DNA of 64,000 bases from contig JBOIDF010000002.1 in the NCBI GenBank assembly GCA_050740455.1, forward strand, positions 35,642 through 99,641, given 5' to 3'. The notes beneath the pieces are model-generated. The model saw only the letters and a program-made list of their open reading frames with translations, did no database searches and was not told the origin of the DNA. Below, piece by piece: positions 1 to 10,742 of the stretch. The first letter of the stretch is position 1. The number at the start of each line of letters is the position of its first letter. The stretch is from Gammaproteobacteria bacterium (GTDB taxonomy: Bacteria > Pseudomonadota > Gammaproteobacteria > JACCXJ01). The translations under genes were made by a program, and so were the position numbers.

Positions 1-43
1 CCGGCCGCGTTAGAATAGCGATCGTGATCCATCGGAAAGGAGG

Positions 44-1375
44 TTGGCGGGAATGGCGGACGAGAGCGGAGTTGCGGTGCGCGAGCATCACGCGGAGGCA
101 TTCGATTTACCCGCATTAGCCCCGGCCGTGTCGCTTTACCCCAAGGGTGCGGCGGTGACACGCCTGGAGCGTTGGGTTTTAAGAAGGATTTTAAATCTTC
201 TCGGCCACCCGCCCTTCGCCATCGGCCTATGGAACGGCGAGGAGATCAGCGCTTTGGGAACGGTGGCGCGGAGCGCGCTCACGATCCGGAGCCGGGCGGC
301 CCTCTACCGCTTATGCCTCAACCCGCATGTGTTCCTCGGGGAGCTGTACGCGCGGGGCGACATCGACGTGCGCGGGGATCTAGGCGTATTCCTGCAGGAT
401 GCCTTCCGCGCCTACGAAACCGCGTTGACCCGGCGGCCTTATCTCGCGCGTCTGTGGCGCGAGCGCCGGCCGCGGCGCGGTTCAGTGGAAGCGGCGCGCG
501 CTCACATCCGCCACCATTACGATCTCGGTGACGGCTTTTACCAGCTCTGGCTCGATCACGCCGCCATGCAATATACCTGTGGCTACTATCCGCGACCGGG
601 GATGAGCTTGGAAGCGGCGCAGATCGCCAAGATGCATCATATCTGTCGCAAGCTACGGCTGCGGACCGGCGAGGCCGTGGTCGAGGCCGGGTGTGGTTGG
701 GGCGGTCTCGCGCTCTTCATGGCGCGCACTTACGGGGTGACGGTCACTGCCTATAATCTCTCCGAGCGGCAGATCGAATACGCGCGCAAGCGCGCCGCCG
801 ACCAAGGTCTGGCGGAACGGGTGATGTTCATCGAGGACGACTACCGGAATATTCGCGGACACTACGATGCCTTCGTATCGGTCGGGATGCTGGAACACGT
901 GGGCGCCGCGCATTATCGGGCGTTCGGATCGGTGATCGATCGCTGCTTGAAGGACCAGGGCCGCGGCCTCATCCACTGCATCGGCCGCAACCAAGCCTAT
1001 CGCGTCAATAGCTGGGTCGAAAAGCGCATCTTTCCCGGGACCTATGCCCCGACGCTGCGGGAGATCATGGAGGTGCTCGAGCCCCATGCCCTGTCGGTCC
1101 TGGACATCGAGAACCTGCGCCTGCACTACGTTCGCACCCTGGGCGATTGGCTCGCACGCTTCGAGCATCACGCCGAGCGCGTGGGTAGCGAGCATGGCGA
1201 GGAATTCGTCCGCGCTTGGCGCCTCTATCTTTGCGGTTCCATCGCCTCCTTCACCACCGGCTGGCTGCAAGTATTTCAAGTCGCCTTCAGCCGTTCCGGT
1301 CTCAATGATCTTCCCGCCTCACGCGCGTACCTTTATGCAGCGGTGCCCCCCCGCGCCGACCTTGGGCTACAATAA
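44..1375 (+). CDS. cfa: Cyclopropane-fatty-acyl-phospholipid synthase family SAM-dependent methyltransferase
   Basis: 443-aa ORF with the CFA-synthase-like SAM-binding motif VVEAGCGWGGLALFMAR and C-terminal CMAS-family residues. Carries an N-terminal extension relative to E. coli Cfa. Confidence 0.75.
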   Translation: MAGMADESGVAVREHHAEAFDLPALAPAVSLYPKGAAVTRLERWVLRRILNLLGHPPFAIGLWNGEEISALGTVARSALTIRSRAALYRLCLNPHVFLGELYARGDIDVRGDLGVFLQDAFRAYETALTRRPYLARLWRERRPRRGSVEAARAHIRHHYDLGDGFYQLWLDHAAMQYTCGYYPRPGMSLEAAQIAKMHHICRKLRLRTGEAVVEAGCGWGGLALFMARTYGVTVTAYNLSERQIEYARKRAADQGLAERVMFIEDDYRNIRGHYDAFVSVGMLEHVGAAHYRAFGSVIDRCLKDQGRGLIHCIGRNQAYRVNSWVEKRIFPGTYAPTLREIMEVLEPHALSVLDIENLRLHYVRTLGDWLARFEHHAERVGSEHGEEFVRAWRLYLCGSIASFTTGWLQVFQVAFSRSGLNDLPASRAYLYAAVPPRADLGLQ

Positions 1376-1411
1376 GAGACGAGCAACGGCGATTTTCGAG
1401 GGAGAGCTCAG

Positions 1412-1828
1412 ATGCTACGTTCAGTCTTGCTTACCGCGTTCTTTATTTCGCTCGGCGTCAATGGCGCCGGCACGCAGGCGGCCGGTTTCAAAGCGATCGA
1501 GGTCTTCAAAGGTTCGACGACGATCAAGGGGCAAGCGCTCCAATACCCGCAAACCAGTCAGCCGGAGGTCACCGCGCTGCTCGTTGATCTCGAGCCCGGT
1601 GGCGAAAGTGATCGCCACCAACATCCGAGCGCTCCGTACATCTACGTCATCGAGGGTACGTTCACCGTCGAGTTCGACGACGGCACGCGGCAGTCTTTCC
1701 AAGCGGGGCAAGGGTTTCTCGAGGCCGTGCACACCTGGCACAAGGCGCGCAACCTGGGCGCCACGCCGCTTAAGTTCATGGTCGTATTTACCGGGGAACA
1801 AGGGAAATCCAATTTCATCAAGCCGTAA
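1412..1828 (+). CDS. Secreted cupin-domain protein
   Basis: 138 aa with an N-terminal signal peptide (MLRSVLLTAFFISLGVNGAG). Cupin_2-like core with conserved His/Glu (DRHQHPSAPYIYVIEGTF...AVHTWHKARN). Confidence 0.6.
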   Translation: MLRSVLLTAFFISLGVNGAGTQAAGFKAIEVFKGSTTIKGQALQYPQTSQPEVTALLVDLEPGGESDRHQHPSAPYIYVIEGTFTVEFDDGTRQSFQAGQGFLEAVHTWHKARNLGATPLKFMVVFTGEQGKSNFIKP

Positions 1829-1903
1829 CCCGCGGCTCGATGCTCGATAACACGGCGCCCCGCTGCATCGCCGCGCTTCGGCATCGAGCCGCGGTCGTTG
1901 GCG

Positions 1904-3841
<1,938 letters not shown>

Positions 3842-3895
3842 GACGGGCTCCTCACGACATGAGCGTGCGCGAAGGATTCGTGGGACAGCGACCTA

Positions 3896-5221
3896 TTATA
3901 GTGGCCGCCGCACCGCCTGGATGCGCGCCCGCCATCGCTCCGCCTCGCGCAGAATCGCGGCTTCATCCAGGGTCAGCAACTCGCGGTTGCGCAGGAGGCG
4001 GCGGCCGGCGACCCAGACGTCCGTCACCGCCTCGCGGTTAGCCGCGTAGACGAGCGCCGAGATCGGATCGTAGACCGGTTGCGTTTCGATACCGCCTAGA
4101 TCAATCGCGGCGATATCCGCTTGCTTGCCGATGGTGAGCGAACCCGTGACGGCGTCGATGCCGAGCGCTTGTGCGCCGTTCAAGGTAGCCATGCGCAGCA
4201 TGGAGGCAGCCGGCGCCGCACAGGGGTCGCCTGCCACGCACTTGGCGAGGAGCGCCGCCGTGGACAGCTCGCTCAGCATGTCGAGGGAATTGTTGCTCGC
4301 CGCCCCGTCGGTGCCGAGCGCCACATTGATCCCGGCTTGGCGCAGGGCATGAATGGGACAGAAGCCGCTCGCGAGCTTGAGGTTCGAGCGCGGGCAATGC
4401 ACGATATTCACGCCATGCCGTGCGCACGCGCCGATGTCGGTCGCGGTCATTTGGGTCATATGCACGGCGATCAGGCGCGGTGACAGCAGGCCCAGCCGGG
4501 CGAGACGGGCGAGCGGCCGTTCACCGGTCGCCTCGATGGCCTTGTCGACTTCGTGCGCCGTCTCGTGCACGTGCATATGGATGGGGAGATCCAGCTCTTC
4601 GGCGAGCGTGCCGATGCGCTCGAGCGGCGCATCGGAGACCGTATACGGCGAGTGCGGCGCGAAGGCGAAGTGAATAAGCGGATGAGCACGAAAGGCGTCG
4701 TGTACGCCCAGACCCTTGCTCAAGTACTCGTCCGCGTCCGCGGCCCAAGGGGTTGGAAAATCGATCAGGATCAAGCCGGCGACGGCACGCATACCCGCCT
4801 CTGCGGCCAGCTCGGCGACTCGGTTCGGGAAGAAATACATATCGTTGAAACAGGTCGTGCCGCCGCGCAGCATCTCGGCGGCGGCGAGCCGCGTGCCGGC
4901 GCGCACGAATTCATCGGCCACCCAGCGCTGCTCGGCAGGCCAGATGTGGCGGGTGAGCCAATCGATGAGCGGCAGATCGTCGGCGAGCCCCCGAAAGAGC
5001 GCCATGGCTGCGTGCGTGTGGGCATTGATCAAGCCCGGAATCAAGACATGCCGGTCGAGACTGAGCACCTCGCGCGCGCGCCAGCAGAGATCCGCCTCGG
5101 CGCTCGGGAGTACATCGACGATGGCACCATCGCGTACCGCGAGGGCGTGCGCTTCGAGGACCCGGCCTTCGGGGTCGACGGGAACGATCCAGCGCGCTTT
5201 AATCAGGAGATCGGCTTCCAT
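3896..5221 (-). CDS. mtaD: Amidohydrolase, 5-methylthioadenosine/S-adenosylhomocysteine deaminase-like
   Basis: 441 aa metal-dependent hydrolase with HxH (NAHTHAAMALFRG) and downstream HVHE/ D motifs. Length and motifs are typical of the TRZ/ATZ-MtaD subgroup. Confidence 0.65.
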   Translation of the reverse strand: MEADLLIKARWIVPVDPEGRVLEAHALAVRDGAIVDVLPSAEADLCWRAREVLSLDRHVLIPGLINAHTHAAMALFRGLADDLPLIDWLTRHIWPAEQRWVADEFVRAGTRLAAAEMLRGGTTCFNDMYFFPNRVAELAAEAGMRAVAGLILIDFPTPWAADADEYLSKGLGVHDAFRAHPLIHFAFAPHSPYTVSDAPLERIGTLAEELDLPIHMHVHETAHEVDKAIEATGERPLARLARLGLLSPRLIAVHMTQMTATDIGACARHGVNIVHCPRSNLKLASGFCPIHALRQAGINVALGTDGAASNNSLDMLSELSTAALLAKCVAGDPCAAPAASMLRMATLNGAQALGIDAVTGSLTIGKQADIAAIDLGGIETQPVYDPISALVYAANREAVTDVWVAGRRLLRNRELLTLDEAAILREAERWRARIQAVRRPL

Positions 5222-5379
5222 TGTGGTCGTTCTTCACTTGCCGGCTGCAGATTGTAAAGTGAATCACCGCACCATGACATCCGTAGCGCTCGCCACCGGG
5301 TGCTCGGGAGTCAGAGGAAGGTTCGGATCTGCCTATAAGAATTTTTCTCGGTTGTCGCCACCTCCATTTCTTCGCAGCA

Positions 5380-6324
5380 TCAATGCGCGCGTTGATGGCT
5401 TTGCGCCGCAAGCTCTTGGCGCTGTGCCTCCAAGCCATCCCAAAAGGCCGCGACGCCGTCCAGCATTTCATTGCCGTAGCGTATGAAGGCGTCTTCATCC
5501 AAGGTCCGATGAAAATAAAGCTCCTCGAGCTCTTCCTGCGTGTGGCGGGCATGTTGCGACTCCAAGCGATCGTGCCAGGTAAAAAACGCCAGTGGCAGAT
5601 CGGCACCGCTCCGCGTATTGAACTTCTCGAAGCCTTCGATGAGCTCTTTCCAAAAGCCGGCCGCGGCCCAATTTTCCACGGCGAAACTGGCCGCTTGCGA
5701 GACCTCGTAGTCTTCGTTACCGTAGAGTCGCGACAGCTCGTCGCAGAAAAACAAGGTCGCGGATGTGCCGTGCCGGCGCTTGCCGACATCGTTAAATCCC
5801 AGACCCAGCTTAGCGGCGATGCGCAACAGCCACTCGAAATGCGCGGCCCGGAAACGGAAGGTGCCGCCTTCGACAGTGCCCTCGGTCGAGACGAGCTTTG
5901 GGTCGGTGTGCTTATCCTGGCGGCGGGCCGATTCCTTGCCTGGGTTGAAGACCACACCGATCTCATTGGCGAGGATCTCTTTCGAGGCCCGCATGCCTTC
6001 AAGGGAGTCGGCGTTGATGGTTTTATAGAGTTGCGCGACCAGAAAGAGATTGGAAAAGACGGAAAATTGAACGATGAACGTTTTGATCTGCCCGCCGGAT
6101 TGTGCGCCGCAGCGGAACCAGGCCGTGTAAGGGTTAGCAATGATTACCCGATGCCGCAGCAGTTCCTGCTGGATGCGCTGCTGAAATGCGAGGAAACGCT
6201 GGGCCTTATCGATGCTATAGCCGGGCTGATCGGTGGCGACGGCCGCCAGCGAGGACGGACTTAATCCGGCGAGATGATGCCGCGCGGCAAAACGGTTCAA
6301 GCTTGGGGTGGTGACTGCGTTCAT
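5380..6324 (-). CDS. Heme-oxygenase-like fold iron-containing redox enzyme family protein (TenA/PqqC/CADD-like)
   Basis: Start fixed by a perfect RBS (TAAGGAGGTCATTTATG). All-helical sequence with spaced E/H motifs (NPYTAWF, ILANEIGVVFNPG, FFTWHDRLESQHARHTQEELEE). The overlapping plus-strand ORFs look non-coding. Confidence 0.5.
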   Translation of the reverse strand: MNAVTTPSLNRFAARHHLAGLSPSSLAAVATDQPGYSIDKAQRFLAFQQRIQQELLRHRVIIANPYTAWFRCGAQSGGQIKTFIVQFSVFSNLFLVAQLYKTINADSLEGMRASKEILANEIGVVFNPGKESARRQDKHTDPKLVSTEGTVEGGTFRFRAAHFEWLLRIAAKLGLGFNDVGKRRHGTSATLFFCDELSRLYGNEDYEVSQAASFAVENWAAAGFWKELIEGFEKFNTRSGADLPLAFFTWHDRLESQHARHTQEELEELYFHRTLDEDAFIRYGNEMLDGVAAFWDGLEAQRQELAAQSHQRAH

Positions 6325-6376
6325 AAATGACCTCCTTATTACACAGCACATTCCTCTGCAAAAAACATAACCAATT

Positions 6377-6390
6377 AGACCGATCGGTCT
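6377..6390. promoter_or_regulatory. Perfect 14-bp palindrome AGACCGATCGGTCT upstream of the heme-oxygenase-like gene; candidate operator
   Basis: Exact palindrome located 53-66 bp upstream of the ATG at 6324, in the putative promoter. Confidence 0.3.
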
Positions 6391-6437
6391 GCCTTAAATT
6401 TCAACCAAAATCCGCGATCCGAGCTTGCGGGCTGCCT

Positions 6438-6580
6438 CTTAAGGAAGCTCTGCAAGAGTGTCGCGAGCAAGCCCAGCTGCGCGAAGCCGCGGAGCGAGTC
6501 GCGAGACATATGGCGAGCGACGCGCGAGCACGCGACAAAGCAGATGGGCTGCGCAGTAACTTTTGCAGAGCTTCCCTAAG
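6438..6580. repeat. 143-bp element bounded by 18-bp inverted repeats (CTTAAGGAAGCTCTGCAA / TTGCAGAGCTTCCCTAAG); MITE-like or large hairpin
   Basis: The two 18-mers are reverse complements with one mismatch, separated by about 107 bp of CGCGAG-rich sequence. The right arm overlaps the maiA stop. Confidence 0.5.
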
Positions 6581-7226
6581 CGGAAGCATCCGGCTGAGCT
6601 TCCGGTGCGGCTTGGCAAAACTCCGGCAAACGCGAGCAGTGGCCGTCGATGGCCTGAAGCCTGGGATAGGCGCTTAAATCGCATTCGAAGCGCCGCGCGT
6701 TGTACATCTGCGGCACGAGGCACAGGTCCGCCAAGGTCGCGGTGTCGCCAAAACAGAAACAACCCGCGCCAGAGCGGCGCTCAAGCTGGCGCTCGAACGC
6801 AGCGAAGCCCTCCGCGATCCAGTGCCGGTACCACCCGCGGCAGGCTTCCTCCCCCTGCCCGAGGAAGTTTTTGAGATAATTGAGCACTCGCAGATTATTC
6901 AGGGGGTGAACGTCGCAAGCGATAAGTTGCGCCAGAGCGCGGACATAGGCGCGGTCTTGGGCGCCGGCCGGTAGCAGCGGCGGTTCGGGACAGACCTCAT
7001 CGAGGTACTCGATGATGGCGAGCGACTGGGTAAGCACCAAGCCGTCCGCGACCAGCACCGGGACGAACCCTTGCGGATTGATCTCTCGGTAATCCGGCTC
7101 ACGCCCGCCGTCTTGGAGCAAGTGCACGTACCGCGGCTCGTAGGCGAGCCCCTTGAGATGCAGCGCGATGCGCACCCGATACGCCGCCGAACTGCGGAAA
7201 TAGGTGTAGAGCGTCAGTGTCTGCAA
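6576..7226 (-). CDS. maiA: Maleylacetoacetate isomerase (GST zeta)
   Basis: LYTYFRSSAAYRVRIALHLKG...INPQGFVPVL matches the MaiA N-terminus. Probable TTG start at 7226 overlaps the fahA stop (translational coupling). The listed longer ORF has an implausible N-terminal extension. Confidence 0.8.
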   Translation of the reverse strand: MQTLTLYTYFRSSAAYRVRIALHLKGLAYEPRYVHLLQDGGREPDYREINPQGFVPVLVADGLVLTQSLAIIEYLDEVCPEPPLLPAGAQDRAYVRALAQLIACDVHPLNNLRVLNYLKNFLGQGEEACRGWYRHWIAEGFAAFERQLERRSGAGCFCFGDTATLADLCLVPQMYNARRFECDLSAYPRLQAIDGHCSRLPEFCQAAPEAQPDASA

Positions 7227-8197
7227 ACCCGAACTTCTTGCACGATGGCACCAAAGACTGACCGGCCGTCGCGATCGAGCATTTCGATGCGGAGCCGATC
7301 GCCGTGCCGCATGAAGGGTGTCTCGATGTGTCCGCGGTTTACCGTCTCCAGCGCCCGCTGCTCGACAATACACGAGAACCCGAGCGCCGGATCGGCATTG
7401 CTCACGGTCCCGGAACCGAGAACCGTGCCGGCAGGCAGGGGGCGCGTCTTGGCGGCGTGACTGATGAGGGCGGGGAAATCGAATTGCATGCCGGCGCCCG
7501 CATGCGGTTGTCCGAACGGCCGCTCGTTCCAGAGCGTTTGCAACGGCAAGTGCACCTTGGCGCCGTCCCAGGCCTCTCCTAGCTCGTCCGGCGTCACGGC
7601 CACGGGTGAAAACGCGGGCCCCGGTTTTCCGTGCAAAAAGCCGAACCCCTTGGAAAGCTCGGCGGGGATCAAATACCGCAGCGATATATCATTGACCAGC
7701 ATCAATAAGACAATGCGAGCGCGCGCCTCCGCCGGGCTTACCCCGCGCGGCACATCGCCCGTAATCACCGCGATCTCCGCCTCGAAGTCCACGCCCCAGG
7801 CTTCATCAGGCACCTCGATCGGATCGCGCGGGCCGATGAATCCCGCTGAATTGCCCTGATACATGAGCGGATCGGTGAACGCGTTGGCAGGCATGCCGGC
7901 CCCTCGCGCCTGGCGTACGCGTTCGACATGGCTGAGGTAGGCGCTGCCGTCCAGCCATTGATAGGCCCGCGGCAAGGGCGCGGCGAGGGCGCTTACATTC
8001 AGCGGGAACCCGCTTGGTGCACCGTGATTGAGGCTTTGGTAGATCGCTTCGAGCTTCGGCGCTATCTCGGCCCAACGGTCTAGAGCGGCTTGCAAGCTCG
8101 GCGCGATCTCCGCGACCGCGGCCGCCCGGGTCAAATCGCGGCTCACGACGACGAGCGTGCCATCGCGGCCCCCAGCCTTGAGGGAGGCGAGTTTCAT
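7214..8197 (-). CDS. fahA: Fumarylacetoacetate hydrolase family protein
   Basis: 327 aa FAH-fold protein with a C-terminal FAH domain, lying within the homogentisate operon. Confidence 0.8.
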   Translation of the reverse strand: MKLASLKAGGRDGTLVVVSRDLTRAAAVAEIAPSLQAALDRWAEIAPKLEAIYQSLNHGAPSGFPLNVSALAAPLPRAYQWLDGSAYLSHVERVRQARGAGMPANAFTDPLMYQGNSAGFIGPRDPIEVPDEAWGVDFEAEIAVITGDVPRGVSPAEARARIVLLMLVNDISLRYLIPAELSKGFGFLHGKPGPAFSPVAVTPDELGEAWDGAKVHLPLQTLWNERPFGQPHAGAGMQFDFPALISHAAKTRPLPAGTVLGSGTVSNADPALGFSCIVEQRALETVNRGHIETPFMRHGDRLRIEMLDRDGRSVFGAIVQEVRVCRH

Positions 8198-8333
8198 TCA
8201 GAGCTTGTGAAAGAATCTGCTGCGCTCGGGATCTCGCGTGCCGGCGGTGCTCGGAATCCTCATGTATTTCAACATACACTCCGGTTCCTGCGCTCCGGCG
8301 GAAAGCGACCTCGCTTCGCTCGCGACGATTTTT

Positions 8334-9461
8334 TCACAACCTCTCCCGCCAAGAATCCACGTAACCGCGCCATTCGACCGCCTCCGGAAGCGCGGCCACC
8401 TCGATCGCATCGCGCGCGTCGATCATGAGCGCGACCTCGTCGGTCTCGGTGCGGCGGTGAGCTTGTCCGGCCTGGAAAGCCTTCGGGTGGGGCCCGTGGG
8501 TGATGCCGCTCGGGTGCAAGGTCAGCATGCCCGGATGGATGTTATCGCGGGAGAAAAACTGGCCCTGGTGGTAAAAGATCACCTCGTCATAATCGTCATT
8601 GTTGTGAAAGAACGGCACCCTCAACGAGCCGGGATCGCTTTCCAACGGCCGCGGGCAGAAGGTGCAGACGACGAAACGCTCGGCCAAAAACGTTGTATGT
8701 GCCGAGGGCGGTAGGTGATAGCGATGGCTCATCAAGGGCCGAATGTCACGCCAATTGATCCGCACGGGCATGAGGGTTCCGTGCCACCCCACCGCATCGA
8801 GCGGGTTGAAGGGATAGGTAAGAAGGCTCACGGATCCGCGGCGCTTCACGGCCACCCGCCATTCACGCTCCGAATGCTGGGCGCGAAAGGCCTCGTCGAT
8901 GGCGGGTGTATCGAGTACGGCCGCATCGAACACCGCATGCCGGCCGGCGATACCTTTGTCGGGGAGCCGGTAACTGGAGCCGGTCGCCTCGATCATCAAC
9001 AGCGTCGCGGGCGCCGTGGTTTCCAGGCGCCATAAGGTACCGCGAGGCAGCATGAGGTAATCTCCCTCGCGCACCGCTAGGTGGCCATAATCACAGTAAA
9101 GATCCCCGCTGCCCGCGTGTACGAACAGCAGCTCATCGCCATCGGCATTGCGCGCAAGACGGTCCATCGCCCCTTGCAAACGCCAGATCCGGAGATCCAG
9201 GAATGCGTTGGACAATAGCCGCACCGCCTCCCACGGCATCGGCGTAAACCCATCGAGTTTTGCCGTATCGAAGGCGCGTGGCCGGAGAGGGCCTTCCACC
9301 ATGGTCCAGCCGGTCGGCGGATGGCGGTGGTACATTTGCGTCGAGGGACCGTAAAAGCCTTCTTTGCCGAGCTCCCGTTCGTAGGTATCCGCGGGCAGAT
9401 CCGCGTGCGCTTGACGCGAGGACTGCCCTTCCATCTTGGGTAATGCGATCCACTGAGCCAT
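8334..9461 (-). CDS. hmgA: Homogentisate 1,2-dioxygenase
   Basis: 375 aa. Cupin-type HGD with conserved His/Glu region (HNNDDYDEVIFYHQG...HPSGITHGPHP). Confidence 0.9.
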   Translation of the reverse strand: MAQWIALPKMEGQSSRQAHADLPADTYERELGKEGFYGPSTQMYHRHPPTGWTMVEGPLRPRAFDTAKLDGFTPMPWEAVRLLSNAFLDLRIWRLQGAMDRLARNADGDELLFVHAGSGDLYCDYGHLAVREGDYLMLPRGTLWRLETTAPATLLMIEATGSSYRLPDKGIAGRHAVFDAAVLDTPAIDEAFRAQHSEREWRVAVKRRGSVSLLTYPFNPLDAVGWHGTLMPVRINWRDIRPLMSHRYHLPPSAHTTFLAERFVVCTFCPRPLESDPGSLRVPFFHNNDDYDEVIFYHQGQFFSRDNIHPGMLTLHPSGITHGPHPKAFQAGQAHRRTETDEVALMIDARDAIEVAALPEAVEWRGYVDSWRERL

Positions 9462-10519
9462 CAGATCACCCCGCGCTGCATCTGTTCGCGTTCGATGGCC
9501 TCGAACAAGGCCTGAAAGTTGCCCTCGCCGAAGCCTTCGTTACCCTTGCGCTGTATAACCTCGAAGAAGATGGGGCCGATCACGGTCTCGGTGAAGATCT
9601 GCAACAATAAACCGTGCTCCTGTTGACGGGTCGCGCCGTCGATGAGGATGCGATCGCGCCGCAAGCGATCGAGATCCTCGCCGTGCCCGGGCACACGCCT
9701 TTCGACGGCGTCGTAGTACGCCTCCGGCACGTCCAGGAACTTTACGCCGCGCTCGCGCAAGGACTCGACGGTGGTATAAATATCATGGGTGGCGAGCGCG
9801 ATGTGTTGGATGCCCTCACCGCCATAAGCCCGGAGGTATTCCTGGATCTGCGAATGACGATCCGAGGGCTCGTTGATGGGGATGCGGATCTTCCCGCCGG
9901 GGCTCGCCATCGCACGTGATTTCAGTCCCGTCTTTTGCCCCTGGATATCGAAATAGCGGATCTCGCTGAAATCGAAAAGCCGCTCGTAGAAGCTCGCCCA
10001 CTCGTCCATCCGGCCCTTGCGTACGTTGTGCGTCAGATGGTCGACATAGGTTAAACCCACGCCGTCAATGCGTGCCGGTGTACCCGTGAGCGGCAGGAAA
10101 TCGACGTCGTAGATCGAGCGTTCCCCGTAGCGATCGACGAGATAGATGAGGCTCCGGCCGATGCCTTGGATCGCGGGGATATTGAGCTCCATCGGGCCCA
10201 CCGGACCGCGATAGGGCTTGGCGCCGAGCCCGAGCGCCCGCTTATACGCCGAAGCCGAGTCTTGCACGCGCATGGCGAAGGCGCACACCGAAGCGCCATG
10301 CTTGCGGGCGAAGGCCTGGGCGAAACTGTTCGGCTCATGATTGATAATGAAATTGATATCGCCCTGGCGATAGAGCGTCACGTGTTTCGAGCGATGCCGC
10401 GCCACGGCGGCGAACCCGAGCGTCACGAACAATCGTTCCAACGCTTGGGTGTCGGGCGCGGTGTATTCGACGAATTCTATACCGGCGGCCGCCATCGGAT
10501 CATCCGGGGGAGTCTGCAT
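9461..10519 (-). CDS. hppD: 4-hydroxyphenylpyruvate dioxygenase
   Basis: VOC-fold HPPD motifs (IEFVEYTAPD, GIQHIALATHDIYTTVESLRERGVKFL, LLQIFTETVIGPIFFEVIQRKGNEGFGEGNFQALFEAIE). Start taken at the internal MQTPPDD; the 64 residues upstream are non-HPPD-like. Confidence 0.9.
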   Translation of the reverse strand: MQTPPDDPMAAAGIEFVEYTAPDTQALERLFVTLGFAAVARHRSKHVTLYRQGDINFIINHEPNSFAQAFARKHGASVCAFAMRVQDSASAYKRALGLGAKPYRGPVGPMELNIPAIQGIGRSLIYLVDRYGERSIYDVDFLPLTGTPARIDGVGLTYVDHLTHNVRKGRMDEWASFYERLFDFSEIRYFDIQGQKTGLKSRAMASPGGKIRIPINEPSDRHSQIQEYLRAYGGEGIQHIALATHDIYTTVESLRERGVKFLDVPEAYYDAVERRVPGHGEDLDRLRRDRILIDGATRQQEHGLLLQIFTETVIGPIFFEVIQRKGNEGFGEGNFQALFEAIEREQMQRGVI

Positions 10520-10742
10520 ACTGCGCCTCTTTAGCAAACATGGGCCGTGTCGGGATCTTTGACTGGCCCTGGGAGTAAAGATTCCGAGCCGTGAGAGCGC
10601 ACCTCCTGCAGCCCTCGTGCAGCTATAATAGTAAACGGAACCTTCGCGCTTTGCAGCGATCGAAGCGAATGTAAGAGTCGCACCGCGTTCCGCGGCATAA
10701 AAACACTGCACTCAATTAGCCCCCGGGCAAGAGGAGGCGCTA

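Noticed and set aside
653-1279. 208-aa antisense ORF inside cfa
   Set aside because: Fully overlaps a well-supported cfa-family gene on the opposite strand. It looks like a typical high-GC antisense artefact with no recognisable motifs.
5383-6264. 293-aa plus-strand ORF and a 313-aa minus-strand alternate-frame ORF overlapping the heme-oxygenase-like gene
   Set aside because: The chosen minus-strand frame has a perfect RBS and family-like motifs. The others have low-complexity, Arg/Ala-rich composition.
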